Part shown: in pieces, positions 35,570 through 48,059 of the stretch
Layout of the letters: each line of letters starts with the position of its first letter
Position numbering within the stretch: position 1 is the stretch's first letter
DNA from: Raillietiella orientalis
Taxonomy: Eukaryota
Length of the DNA stretch: 64,000 bases
NCBI GenBank assembly: GCA_036172245.1
Contig: JAYWIR010000015.1
Coordinates: 992,001 to 1,056,000, forward strand
Direction: 5' to 3'
Translations under genes and position numbers: made by a program
The notes under the pieces: model-generated
Database searches by the model: none
What the model was told of the DNA's origin: nothing
The model's input: only the letters and a program-made list of their open reading frames with translations

Positions 35570-38500
35570 TCTTTTCTTTTTTTTTCCGTTCCCAGTTCGG
35601 CGAAACCAGAGGGACGTGCGACTACCGATTCTCATCTAAGGAATCCAAAAAGTGCAATCTTGCAATATCGGCTTGCACGCTTGATTAAAAGGCGTTGGCT
35701 GCTTTTGGAGCCCATGTGCAAGGAAATTTGGCTGCTTGTCTCTGCCTCCGTTGAGATGGACATCTGCTGTCCTCTGGTTTCATAACAGCCTCGAGTGGTT
35801 TCATAACAGCATACGACTCACCGAAAACCTTGGGAGACCTACGACATTTCTTACGCCTCAGAAACTTCCCGTGCAATTCCAGGGATTCCCGTACTCGAGC
35901 GCAAAGTTTCCCGAAAGGGGCGTCCTGATGAAGAAAGTGAGAGATCGGAAATCCGGGAACTCACGGATGCTCGGACGCGGTCTCGAGACCTGCAAGAAGT
36001 CGAGCTGAAATCTTTCCACTCGTCCGTTCACCCGCTCCTGGGATCCTCCATCGCAATGTTATTCTTGCAGTCATCGGTGTTTCGGTTCGAAGTAACATCT
36101 GAATTGCGATGGCAACGGACCCGCTCACACCCATTATCGCCCATTCCGCAACACTCTGATTCCGTGGAATCGCATTCCTGAAAGGAAGTTTCCCTTGGGA
36201 GAGCGATTTCATCAGGAAGCTGCTGCCAAGATTTCCTTTCAACAGAGGTGCAAAAGAATTTGTAGAACTTCCCCATCCCTCTTCTCTCTTCACGCAGCCC
36301 GCTCCTGTCTGTCTACTCCCACCTACCCCATCCTCCTTCCGAGGGCAAAAGCGTGGGCATCCTTGTGCAGGACTCCCGTCAAGCCTCCGCAACCCGAAGG
36401 GGTGGAACTGACTGTTACCGCGGTCTCAGCGGTGATATGCAAAGCTTTCGGCTCCAGTTCAGTTCTCAACCTTTGCTCAACCTTTGCCTACTTCTTTCCA
36501 TCTTGCCGGCCAAGCTTCCATCCTCGAAAGACCGATCAGAAATGGGCTGCCTCGGTCTGTTTGCTCGAGATCTCAAGTGGTCCTAAGCACCAGCGGGCAG
36601 AGGTGAAATCTCCTCGTCTCCAAGCATGCATCTGCTCTTGCAGAGATGAACACCTCGCCTTCCCGACAGTCAGTCGCGAGAGCGAACACACTTCGCTCCC
36701 GCTTTTGTGGAACAGTATGCGGCACCCTTCTTGCATGTTCCGAGACCTCCTCTGTGCTGGTTTCCTCGCTTTCGAAACAGCCTGAGGAAGGGACGCTCCC
36801 CTTCCTTTGTTTTTCTGGAGACATGTTGCAGATTGCCTTTCAGCGCGCTTTGGGTTCACTCGATGCCACAAACGGCCTGACGCCGCTGTCTATTTCGTGA
36901 TTTGCTATTGCCTCTGAAGGCAGCAGCAGGGATCCATCCGCAATCAGCCCATCGAGGAAATGCTCACTTCTGGAGAGCGCCTTCGGTTGAACAGACGCGT
37001 GCCTTCGCCTAGCAGTCGAGGGTGCCAAAAGTCTTATTGGCCTGCGCTTCAAAGTAGGAAAAAAATAAAATACAAAAAGGTACAACAGATCGCTCTTTTG
37101 CATTCAAACCCATCAAGAGCCTCGAAGGTGAATGTGAGGCAAGCACGGCTTGCGCCAGTCCGCCGAGACGTTTACGACAAGATCTGCTTCAGGTGGCAGA
37201 CACCTTTGAATTTCTCACGGATCCGCTGGTCGGAACTTTCCAAAGATTTGCTTCACTTAGCGGATCCGAGGACGTACTATTCGGTGTTCCCAAGCGCTCC
37301 ATCATCTTCGGAGAGGCTGCGAATTCTCCCTGGTCACGCATCGCAGATTCAGTTCGAAACGCAGGGCGAATTCGCAAGCACTGACCATCTTGTCAAGCGA
37401 TCGTTTGCTCTTGGGGTGATCCTGAAGAGTACAGCTGCATCCATCTGAGAAATGGAAGCCAGTGGAAACGCTCTCTAAGGCAAAGATCAATTGGGCACCT
37501 GCAGCAGTAGCGAATCCACATGTACAACGAAAGGAGTATTCAAAAAAATAGAAGCACTGTCCATTGTTTCTGTTCCTAATCATTCCTAAGGTGATCCCTT
37601 TTTTTCCTGAAACGAGGAAGATTACAGCAGGAAGAGTGCTCAAAAAGTACACTGGTGAGTGGGCACCCTTCCGCACGGACTCTTTGAACGGGAAGGCCTG
37701 GGTCAGGGATAGAAGCACCTAGCTGAGGTGCTCCGGTTCTTCTATGCTGCCATTCGAAGGGGTGGCCTATTCGAAGGAACAGATACTTCTCCAGGATCGC
37801 TAGTTTGCTTTCTGGCGGGCGATTGCCGTCCATGTGCCAGCTGCGATGACCACCGAAATGAAGGAAGGGTGTGGTCGTCGAACCGGAGAGCCGCTTGCGA
37901 TCACCACCTCCTGCATGCATAGTGCGACAAAACGGTCCCATCTCGGATGTGAGGGAACATTCGGGAGATCGTAAGCAGACTAACCCGAAACAACCGGTGA
38001 GAGCATTCCTTCCATCCCTCTCTTAGCCCACGCAGACCTAAAATGATGCTGAGTACACCGGAGCCGGTTTATTCTATCCCCTATTTATTTGTTGACTCTC
38101 CCTTCCCTCCTTTCTAGTTCAAATCCCAGTGAAGATTCGGGCATCCACTTGTTGGCGTAAACTTCATCTATTGATGTTAACGAAATGGTTCCAGAAATCT
38201 GGCATGAGGTCATCCATCCATCTTCGAAATGGCTGATTCATCCTGCCGCATTTCGTAATGCCATCATGCAGAACTAAAAACTCTTGGAGGTAACAACAAG
38301 GGAAGGGAAAGGGGGAGGGAGTCAATTCCTATCGACTCCTATTGACAACGTCTTTGCTCTCGTTCGGTTCACTCGCAAAGATTGATTGAAATGGAGGGAA
38401 GAGTTCGCACGAGGCCTTCATCCTACTAAGGAGACTTAATCTGCTAAACTTCACAGCTACACGTGGAAAGAAGGAAAAGCATCATTCGACCACATTGTAG

Positions 38501-38800
38501 GTGAATTGTATCTCGAAGAGCCGAAGAGGGAATCATCCTGCGGAATGCATCTTGGCAGATTGGAAATGCACGGACGTGAATCATGCGAGAACGCGTCACT
38601 GGTGGACAGAGACAGGATGTTTCACATCCGTGATCCAACCCCAGATTACGGATTGTCGGGAGTGAAAACTGGGATCCTTTCTTGGCACGCCTCAGCCCAA
38701 GCAATCGATGAAGCCACCACCACTTCACACGATGGGTGGAAAGGAAAGGGAAAAGGAAAACGCCTGCGCTGAAATTTCTTCACGTCTGGGATTCTTGCGA
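35570..38800 (-). mobile_element. Cluster of three LINE ORF2 remnants (RT to 3' end ~35570-37400; RT ~37450-38060; post-RT ~38200-38800)
   Basis: 'GLIADGSLLL...PFVASSEPK' ~36930; 'AFPFKESVRKGAHSPVYFL' ~37690 (cf. F.+.R+VRQG.PL+PYLF); 'AILEKYLFLRIGHPF'; 'IAWAEACQER' ~38690. The T-rich tract at ~35563-35586 would be an A-tail on the - strand. Confidence 0.55.
35775..35810. repeat. 15-bp direct repeat separated by 6 bp
   Basis: tggtttcataacagc (35775-35789), ctcgag, tggtttcataacagc (35796-35810). Confidence 0.95.
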
Positions 38801-39499
38801 GTCGGCTACTGTGCTCCGTGGCTGGACGAATGGCGCGCAGCCTTAAATCCCGATTCGAGCGAAAGGGTCCAGCGTCTCCCGAGTTGAATGCAAGTGGCGA
38901 TGAGAAAGCGAAATGGTATCATTTCGCCGGAAAAAAATCTTCCGCACTCTCGGATCCTCACGGATTTTTAATCTTCTGTTTCGAACTGACCGCCGTGCTG
39001 CGTTACTTTTTCCCATAACTTTCACGAAGGCATTTCCCCCAGCCTTTTTAAAGTCTTCCTCGAGAGCGTTTGCGAATGGAGTTCACTCCTTAAATGGACG
39101 CGTGTTGAATTACGGATGTGGAAGTGCTCTGTGGAGGTGTTCAAGAAGTGCCAGAAAATGCCCCCTTTTCCTCCTTTGGATGGACGAAGATGGCTAGCAT
39201 TCTAATCAGAAGGAAACTTGCTGAAGAATGTAGAATCAAAAGCTTTTGCCACCAGCAGATCTCTTGAAATCATCGGCAACAGCCACGGAGTGCTGCTTAT
39301 GTTTTGGTTAGGTTCTTCTTCAACACTGATTCGGTGAATCAACGATCTGTCCAAAACTCTTGAGAAACGAAAATTCATTTCTGTTTCGGTGCTGCCTTTT
39401 TCTCTTCCAGCATCCTTTGCAGTCGAAAAATGAAGAGCTTCCTGTTCCTGACGCCCTTTCATATTCCACTTTTTCTTATAGTTTCAGGATTTGTCAGCC

Positions 39500-42400
39500 T
39501 AAGAAAACGCATAGGGGAAAATGTGCCTTCTGTGTTGTGGTTCAACACAAAGCGACTCTTCCATTGCTTCATTGCCGTTTGGTTTTAGCGTTTGCCCAGG
39601 ACAGATGAGATGGAGGAGAGCAATCTCTAATCCCAGCTGCAGACTTGCCATGAACCTGTGAGAGCGATCTGAAACAGAAGAGATGCTTCGATGAGCTGAG
39701 AGGCACCCATGCCGAAATCCCAGCGGTCCATGCGGCCACTCCTGATTTCTTTGCAGTTTCACTTCGAACTCATCTTTGGAAACTCCTGAGTTTGCATCTG
39801 AATCCTGTTTGAGTTTCGTGGAATGAGTCAGTCCGCTTTCCACCACTCTATCTGCTGTCAATCTCATTTCAAAAACATAGCAGTTGCGTCACTAACTAAT
39901 AAACACGTAGATCCCACCGGGTGTTTGGACGGGTTTCCTGGACATTGTGGCACATCGTCCTTGTGTGCCTTTTTCGTCCTCCATCAATAAAACCAGTTTC
40001 TCTGATAAACGCAGAATAATTTCATTGCTGAGAATGTATCCACAGTGTCTTTCGTTATTGGCACACTGTGAAGCACCACCGTGCTAACTATGCTACTGAA
40101 TCCTGCCACTGGCACGTACTTGCATGTGTCCCTTGGCTTCACGGTACCAGGGCTTCGTGCCTCCATCCCGTTTAAGATAATTTTCCCAATCCTCTCTCAC
40201 GCCATTTTGCATTTGCCAAAAGGCTTTCTTGGCCATGGTTGCCTTTATTTCTTGCTGCGTCTATAATTCGACTTGTGGAACTTCGCTGTTTGCATCCTCC
40301 TCAACATCTCCTCAAGAGTCTCAACTTTATAAAACCTGCACTTTTTCAGTTCAAAGTACTTTGTATTTTGCGTTTTTCTTTTACGCTGAGTTACACATGT
40401 CTGTTCGCATTCTTAAAACCACCCAGAACCCATCTTTGGAATGAATCTCCTTCTTTACGCTCTCATGAAAATGCAAAAAGGCATTCCAAAAAAGTTCTTA
40501 GATGAATTTTCAGGTTCCGAAGAGCAGACTCCTTCGTTCCGTTCTCTTCTTGGATCCTGCAGAGACTTTTTCGGTTTCTAAGCTCGCCAGCATTTCCAGT
40601 AGAATTTGGCCGTGCATTTTCTAATGAAATTTGAAAGGCATCTACGGGGAAAGCACCCAACCCGATGAGCCGGAATCTGAGTCTCACAAATGAGCTGCTA
40701 TTAGAACTCTTCGGTTCGGGAGAACAGCTAAAATTCGTCCCTCGTTAGACCTAATTTGCTTCCTGATAGTCTGTTCGTTCGTTTGGTACATCAACATCTA
40801 AAGACGGCCCCAATGAAAAGCACTGTATTTCGCAAGAACGAATCTTTTGGTGTCGAATAGCTGGTTGCTGGTGCTGCTGCATGAAGACATAGAAAACCTG
40901 ACTATTTGAAATTCCCATAGCGCAGAAATGTTTCGTTCTTGGCCTTTGAACTTTCCTTGCTGTATGTCTTGGAAGATCGTTATGCAGTGAGATGCTCATC
41001 TTTCTTTGCATCGTTAAAACATACACAGTTGGCTTGGATATTCGAGCTGTCTTTAAGAGTACAGTTCCTGACTAAAACGGGTTAATACAAAGGAAGCACT
41101 CTTGTCTTTTTCTCCTAGCAATATTTATCACTTCATTACGCCTTACCCATACAAACCCATGAGTACAACTGCTTTCCATTTTTAGTTTTTGGAAGGAGAC
41201 TTTGATTTTTGTTATTCCAAATTTTGCTTTGTTCTTTGAGCTTCTGAGTGCCTTGATATTTGATGTGCTGTATTTGTAGTGTTCTCATTCGTTGGAAAAA
41301 CAATTTTTGGAGACACATGGATGCGTGTGCCTCTCGTGTGATTTTCCGGCTCCAAAATGCTGTTCACGGTTTTCAAAGGCTTTCCAGCAGCCATTGGATC
41401 GGACGAAAGAAGCGAAGAGTTCGACTCCGCAGAAACCCGGGCATCTGGCGAACTGGACCAGGCTCGTGGATTCGGGTGCGCACTGTAAAATGACGATGAA
41501 GTCCGTATCTCTCCCCTCCGCATCTCCCGGATTACAATGGGAGCGTGTGGAGGAGATTCAATCTTTTCTGTGCAAATCAGATGCTTGTACGGCTGAAGGA
41601 GAGATTTGAAAGACAATTGAGCTCTCGAATTTTCCTTGGAAACACTGTTTTCCGAAAGATAAAAGACCAGTAGAAGGAATACGATTTGGAAAATTTGCAT
41701 TCGATATTCAAGGATATCTAAAACGGGAAGAAATTTGTTTGAAAATGAATCTACTCTGCAAGCTGTTTCCCAATTCCTTTCCTCTTGGGTGATTTCTGGA
41801 GCAATAATTACTGAAAACTGATGATACTGGCCGAACGGAAGAAACAAAAAACTCGAATGCAAGTTCATTAACTATGTAGGCAATTAAGATTCTCAGTGGT
41901 TTCCTCTCATACTTTTTGATGTGACACTGCAACACTTTCGAACGCAAGGGGGATTTAAGAGCTCGCATGATTGTCATTCTGCTGGAAAACAAGATTTTTG
42001 GTGCCTTTTCATTCATGATGTGTCGGTCCCAGTGTAGAAAAGAGTTAGAAGCATCTTACTCAAGAGCTCTGAGATATTTTCACTGCTGAAGACTTTGAAT
42101 CAAACGGTAAGCTCATTGGAATTTATTCAAATAGACGAAAAAGAGAAATGGCGGAATCTCAAATCTGCTGAAACAGTTCTCAAGACAACAGCAGAAAAAG
42201 GTGGTGAAATAGAGGAATACAGCGGTGATTGAAAAGGTGTCCAGAGATTGAAAAGACATGTTTTGGCTCCTTTGGTATCAAATAGCTGCAGTTGGTTTCC
42301 TGAGAGGTTGCACACACCGCCAAGAAAAGCCACCGAGTGGTGTTTTTCTCACTGGCACTGAGAAAGATTTGGTATTTTCAGATGCTCCGAGAATGAGAAG

Positions 42401-45400
42401 GCTCCTTTTCCTTTGATCCCTTCGCATGAGACTTCCGGGTTCAGATAAGCAACAACTGTTTGGGATTTCCGCTTGGTTTCTAATTCCTTAGCAACCAAGG
42501 CCGCAGCACTGAGAGTTTGCAAAAATCCTTTTATATAAAGAGATGACCAAGAACAAGGAATAATGAAGCTGGTGGATAACGATGGGCAGTGAAATTTCAT
42601 TCGTACCTTCTTATCCAAAATCCACGAGGGAAATCCGACTTTCGACCAAACAACAGTGAGATGTCCTGAGCTTTGAAGTAAGGACGCTGATTGACATTGT
42701 ATTCCGAAAAGTCCTTGCAGCGATTCCCCCAGGATTTTTAAGATTCCATTAATCTTCCAATCGTGAAGATGAAATCCAACTTTGAAAGTCTAACTTTACA
42801 GCATGTTAGTGTGCAAATCCACAAAATTCCTTCAGAAGGAAAGGATTTGCAAGGCACTGCGGATCATTTTAGCTCAACGGCGAAGATAGATCTCGAACAA
42901 CTGTTCAGAAAGATCATGACCGAGGATACTGGACGATCAAGCGCTTTGTGGATGGACGTTCAGAATGGACGGCGAAAAACCGCAAGAAGCCTTTTGATCG
43001 TCTTTCCAGGCAACATAGGATCAGCAAGAACAAGGAACACTAATTACATGCCAACGAAAACACACTGGCCATTTTAGAAGAGAACCAACTAGTTTCCAGA
43101 GGTACATGTCCCAGTCCTGTGTGAACAGCAATCACAACAGAAGTCAGAGAGATTCCTGAAATGAGCAAATTCGTGTTTCCTGAAGTGTTCCTGAACTTCT
43201 GCTCTCATAATTGAACCTCGCGAAATTCTCTCATTTGTTTCTGTCTGTCATGTTGCCGCGACTGAACCCACTGTGGTGGATTTTTGAACAGAACTAATCT
43301 CATTCGTAAACCAAGAGCGCGTCCTTTCCTTTCTCCCTTTTTCAAAGTTCTTCCACAACGCATTTGGTGTATCTTGTTTGCCTCGTGGTCAGATCCCTTT
43401 CCTATTAAGTAAAAAGAATACATAGAAACGCACGCATCACGGCCAGGCATGCACGAAACGGTGTTCCCAATGTCTTCTCTGGAAACCTTTTTACTTTCAA
43501 AATGATCCATTCCAGGAAAAAATAGAAAAAAATCACTTGCTATTTCCTTAAAGCCTTAGGCTGACCTTTGTCCTCTTACTGAATTTATACCTTTGGTTTT
43601 CCTAAATTTCCTTACTCTGAAATGCAGGTGGATTTCAAAATGGACTATGAGGCAGTCTGGTGTGTTGGTTACAGATGCTCAGATGCCTTCTGCTCGTTGA
43701 GATGCAAAATTTCCAGTGCATAACTTCGAGGAATTTTCTGTGAATGGAAAAAAAAAATGCTTCGTAGCACAGCACTCTATGAGGACTCTGAAATCCCTAA
43801 ATAGAAGCAGAAGCAATAGGAAAGGGGAACGAAGAGACCTTCTGACCTTAGACTTTGCTAAGGTGCCTGGAGTACTTTTAGAAAAATTTGCTATCAAGCA
43901 AAAAAACAGAGTAACGAAGTATAAAGGCAGCACGCTCATGCAAGAAAAAAGAGCTGAAGTCAAGAACAGACAATTTGACCATAGTCCATTGCAGTCATCG
44001 GACTGCTTCCCGTAAAGTCTTCTACGCACTAGGATCAAAGGAACAAGGATGAATAAGATCCCCAGAAAACCGATGATGCCATTTTGGATACAAATTTGCC
44101 TAACAAAAATCTTGTAGACGTCCATCATGTGAGCAAAATTTTTGCAGATCATGCTTAAAATGAACAGCTGGAATGCAAAGGAAACAAAAGCAGGGTTGCC
44201 AGAGGATAAGGCATAGGTATTTCTACAATGTTTCTGAACAGATCAGTGCTTGGACCGAGGGGCGAGCCGAAGTCGATGTCAAAGTGACCGATGATGAATA
44301 CCATCTGGTAGAAGAGAAAGCTTTTCATGGACTCTACAAGGAAAGCGCCAGTGTGAGGGGGGAACAAATGAAATGATGGATCGGAGGTTCGTAAACTTCC
44401 CAAACAATGAACACTGAATTCGAGGCACAGAAGAAGTGGAAGATGGTAGAAAGAGAAAGATTCAAATCAGATGCACAACTGGAAATTTTTCTAGCAGGAT
44501 ATGGTTTATGTTTCAATCAGGACGAACAAATGAAGAGGTTGCTCCTGGTATTCGAATGCGTACCATGCATTAGATGATAAAGTCTGGTCTTAATATAGGG
44601 AACTAGAAAGACTGACCTCAAACTCGGATTGTTTCATACAACTACCAAATCATAGAACATGCATAAAAAAAGTTGGCACACGGTGTGGCAATCATTCTGT
44701 AGTGGTACCACTGAGATGCAGCCTTCCCACTGCATGATTTTCCCCCTGCTAATAACATGGAAGGAATGTACATTTCGTACACAGGAATTCACTAGTAACA
44801 TAAAAGCTGCATTATCTTCCTCCATTTTTATGGATACTCCCATTTCATTTTTTTGAAGAATGGAAAAACTGATGTACAGAGGTTATTCTGAAATCATTGC
44901 TTCTAAAATTCTGGTGTGCAGCGGTAGTTTGGCTTCCTATATTGAGACCAGAATTGAGGTTAAGATGTCTCCAAACCACATTCTTATTTATTTCATTTGG
45001 ACGACTGAAGACTGCATAGTCAGTTCCATACAATCGTCCAAGTAAGCAGCACATGCAATCGTACGAAACGCAAGTCTTTCTTTTCTGTTTCCAAAAGCGT
45101 CAGGAAGAAATTTCAATTTGAAGCAATTTTGGGACCTCAGCAACCCAAATAGTAGTGCATATGGTGTTCCTCTTACATTGGATGATCAGGTGCACTTGAC
45201 TCTTACTATTGTTCCATCCTCTAACTCTTACACCCACGAGCCTAAATATGTCACTAACTTCTGTCCTGAAGCCATGAATACCAGTTTTACCCTGAATGAA
45301 ATCCTGGAATAAGGAATGGATGCCGATTCCTGAGACTGCTGGGTAAGAGACATGCAACTGAGGACTTTGAATCGGTGTAAGGCAATGGTGAGAAATTTGA

Positions 45401-46000
45401 GTTTCTCGCAAGGATGCAAATCGAAGATGAAACTGCCCAAAGGTGGGACGATCACAAATGAACTACCCATTCGTAATATGATGCCAAAGAGCTCCAAAAA
45501 TTGAAGATTGTCATTAGATGAAACAGATGCTTTCTGACTGATGAAAAAATTAATGATTCATGCAGAGAACATAAAAGAATTTTTCTTTCTTGGAAACGGT
45601 CGATGGTGAAGTCTTTCATCTCTTTTCCTTATCAAAGTTATAGATGACACTGATTCCAAAATCTGACGTCATTCCATGTCTTGTTTATCAGAAGACAAAC
45701 GAAAGGTGAGCTGTCGTAAATTGCTTATGACCGACATGGTGGACATTCTCCTTGGGGTGCCGATTCTCCTCAGGGAATGGAAACGCAACAGAGAAGCCGG
45801 TCTCCAGCGGTCATCGACAAGACAAATGAAAGAACATCACGAACAGCAGGATCAGGAATGAACTCTCTCCTTCAAACGGAGAATACGGAGAGCAGAGATG
45901 ATCAAGTGATGAAGCAGACGAAGTTGTTACGCTCCTTCTCGTGGTCCGGGTCGGAAAAAGATGGAGCACTTGTCAGCAAACGGAGTGATGCAGCATGACG
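39500..46000 (-). mobile_element. Decayed near-full-length L1-clade LINE
   Basis: Ordered motifs: ORF1 'VSYDCMCCLLGRLYG' ~45050; EN 'FIVWEVYEPP' ~44400 and 'FIIGHFDI' ~44290; linker 'ERKGRALGLRMRL' ~43320; RT 'VAYLNPEVSCEGI' ~42440, 'SGNQLQLFDTKGAK' ~42290, 'ILFSSRMT' ~41990; zf-RVT-like 'PITKDTVDTF' ~40050. Confidence 0.6.
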
Positions 46001-46289
46001 GCTGCAGATTTCCTCTCATACATTTGCGCGTCTGAAGCTCTAGAAGAAAAGAAAAAGGGGAACCCAAGGTTGCAGTCCAAACAAGCCAAGCAGCCTCACA
46101 GCATGCGAAATCCTTCCGACAAGAAGCTGAGCAAGTTGTCACAGCAAAAGAGTTCTCAGAGTGATGGTGGTAGGTGAAAGCAAGCGTGCACTGACACAGT
46201 ATTAAAAAGATAACTTCCCTCCATTCACAACTGTACTATTAAGAGATGTTCGAGTAGATGTTCCCGATGTTCCCGTCTTTTCTGTTTAG

Positions 46290-46875
46290 TGTGCAGGAAT
46301 TTAGATTTTAGGAATTTTCATGTGGAAACTCTTCACCATCAGGCAAAGATAAAGAGGAGGGTCTATCTACACTCTCACTGCCTTCGAGAGGATGCGACAG
46401 CAAATGTTGTTGACTGCAGCAAGGAAATTCAGAACCGTACTGCGCGGAGAAGGAAGCATCGTCGGGAGATAAGAATAGCTGAATGCAAAATCCCAAACCT
46501 TTCCTCCAAAGATGGTTCTCCTATCTTGAACAAGATGTCAAGAGCCAAAGTCAAGGGTTACCATCACCAGTCTCTTCAAGGCATGCATAGATGCCAAAGG
46601 CAGTACGCAAGGTTTTGTCAGTTTGAGGAATGAACCAGGAAAGAAATGCTTAATGTCACATAATTCACTTAACCACGAAACAGCAAACTGCCAAAACACA
46701 GCCGCGAACAAGCTGGAAAGTCAGATGGATGAAGGGTTTGGTTAGATGGAACCTCCGGAAGCTTTAGGACCACACCCAAACAATTGGCGAAAAAAGCAGA
46801 AATACCAACATGATAAGAAAAGAAGATGCTCCACTTATTTATTGAATAAATTATTTATTGTATTAAAAAAAAAAC
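46290..46875 (+). mobile_element. LINE 3' end with AATAAA and poly(A)
   Basis: 'FRIFMWKLF...ANVVDCSK' (zf-RVT-like), ending at gaataaattatttattgtatt(a)10, 46844-46874. Confidence 0.5.
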
Positions 46876-46879
46876 ACAT

Positions 46880-47125
46880 CCATGTGGCTACGGTCTCAGA
46901 GCGTGGTGCCAAGGCGTTGGGGGTTTGAATCCCCACGTGGAGGCTGGACGCCGAGGAATGGGTGCGTCATGGATTTCGAGTTCCTCCCGCAGGATGACTC
47001 TGGCTGTCCTGTAGACTCCAGATGCAAACCGGAAACTGGATTCCCGTTGACTAGCCGGGATTGAAAGTTGACCCTCCGAGGTCCTTCCATGAATCATGGG
47101 GTAGATTCCCTTCGGGTTTTCCAAC
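46880..47125 (+). mobile_element. LINE RT fragment, family 'B' copy 3
   Basis: gtggct.cggtctc ... aatgggtgcgtc ... ctcccgcaggatgac ... ccgg.attg.aagttgacc shared with 30586-30815. Confidence 0.7.
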
Positions 47126-47219
47126 AGTTGTGAAAGTGGAGCCCATTTGGCGGTAAAAACAGAAGTGATACCGTGATAGCAAAAGAAGTTTCAGGAGAGG
47201 ATGGAAGCGCAGCTTCATC

Positions 47220-47880
47220 TTCGTATTAAATATTCTTTTTTTTTTAAAAAAAAAAAGGACATTGGCTGGAAAATCTTCAGATGTACGAGGTCACTGATAG
47301 TGAAAGAGTTCAGAGAGGTCACGAAAATGACGAACAAGGTGAGTCGGGGCGGTTTCCGGCTCATCCCAATGGCAATCTGTTTGCTTGAGCACGCTGAAAG
47401 AGTAGCGTCCCTGGACTCTGGTCAAGAATTTCTGGTGATAGCACAACGTCTGGCAAAAGCCAACCGAGAACAGCAGGTGGACCACGATGCCCGAAGTCTC
47501 ACTGGAGGATTCTCAGGAAGTTCCAGTGAAACCCTCGAGAAGAAGGAAGAGTGGGAATTGAGTCGCTGCCTTCCTGTTCCTCGACTTCGATATCCTTGAA
47601 TTCGAGCTTTGGAAAGGCGAGGATATGATCCTGGGATGGAAGTGTATCTTCAGACCCTTGCTGTTCCGGGTGCAAGACCTCGCTGAGCATGTGGGCTTCA
47701 GGCGCTCAAGTGTCCGAAACAGCTAACTTCCGCGGAGCGGACGACCTGAATAGCCCATGGGAAGCCGCACAGCATTCTATGGAGCATCCACGCATCTCTT
47801 CTCCTTCCTTCCATGCCAGACTCCACGGGAAAGGAAATGGACACAGGATGGTGGTGCGCATCAGCAGATACCGGTGACGC
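47220..47880 (-). mobile_element. LINE 3' remnant
   Basis: 'IVVHLLFSVGFCQTL' (cf. +xHLLFxC....W). Confidence 0.4.
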
Positions 47881-48059
47881 GAGGAGGAAGGGGTGGAAAC
47901 ACGAACCCCTAATCATCGCAGTTTCCTTGCTAGCGGCGCAATGGACGGAAGGAGAAGGAGAGAGAAAAATGTTGCTTTTCACCTTGTGACGCTGGAATGT
48001 TTACTTAAAAAAAATAATTCGCAAGTCATAGGGGAACGGCGTCCCGGAATACAATAGAT

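Noticed and set aside
35560..35600. Strong pyrimidine tract plus CAG as a + strand exon acceptor (others at ~17920, ~25560, ~51128)
   Set aside because: Better explained as the A-rich tail or internal sequence of LINE remnants; downstream frames show no recognisable host protein.
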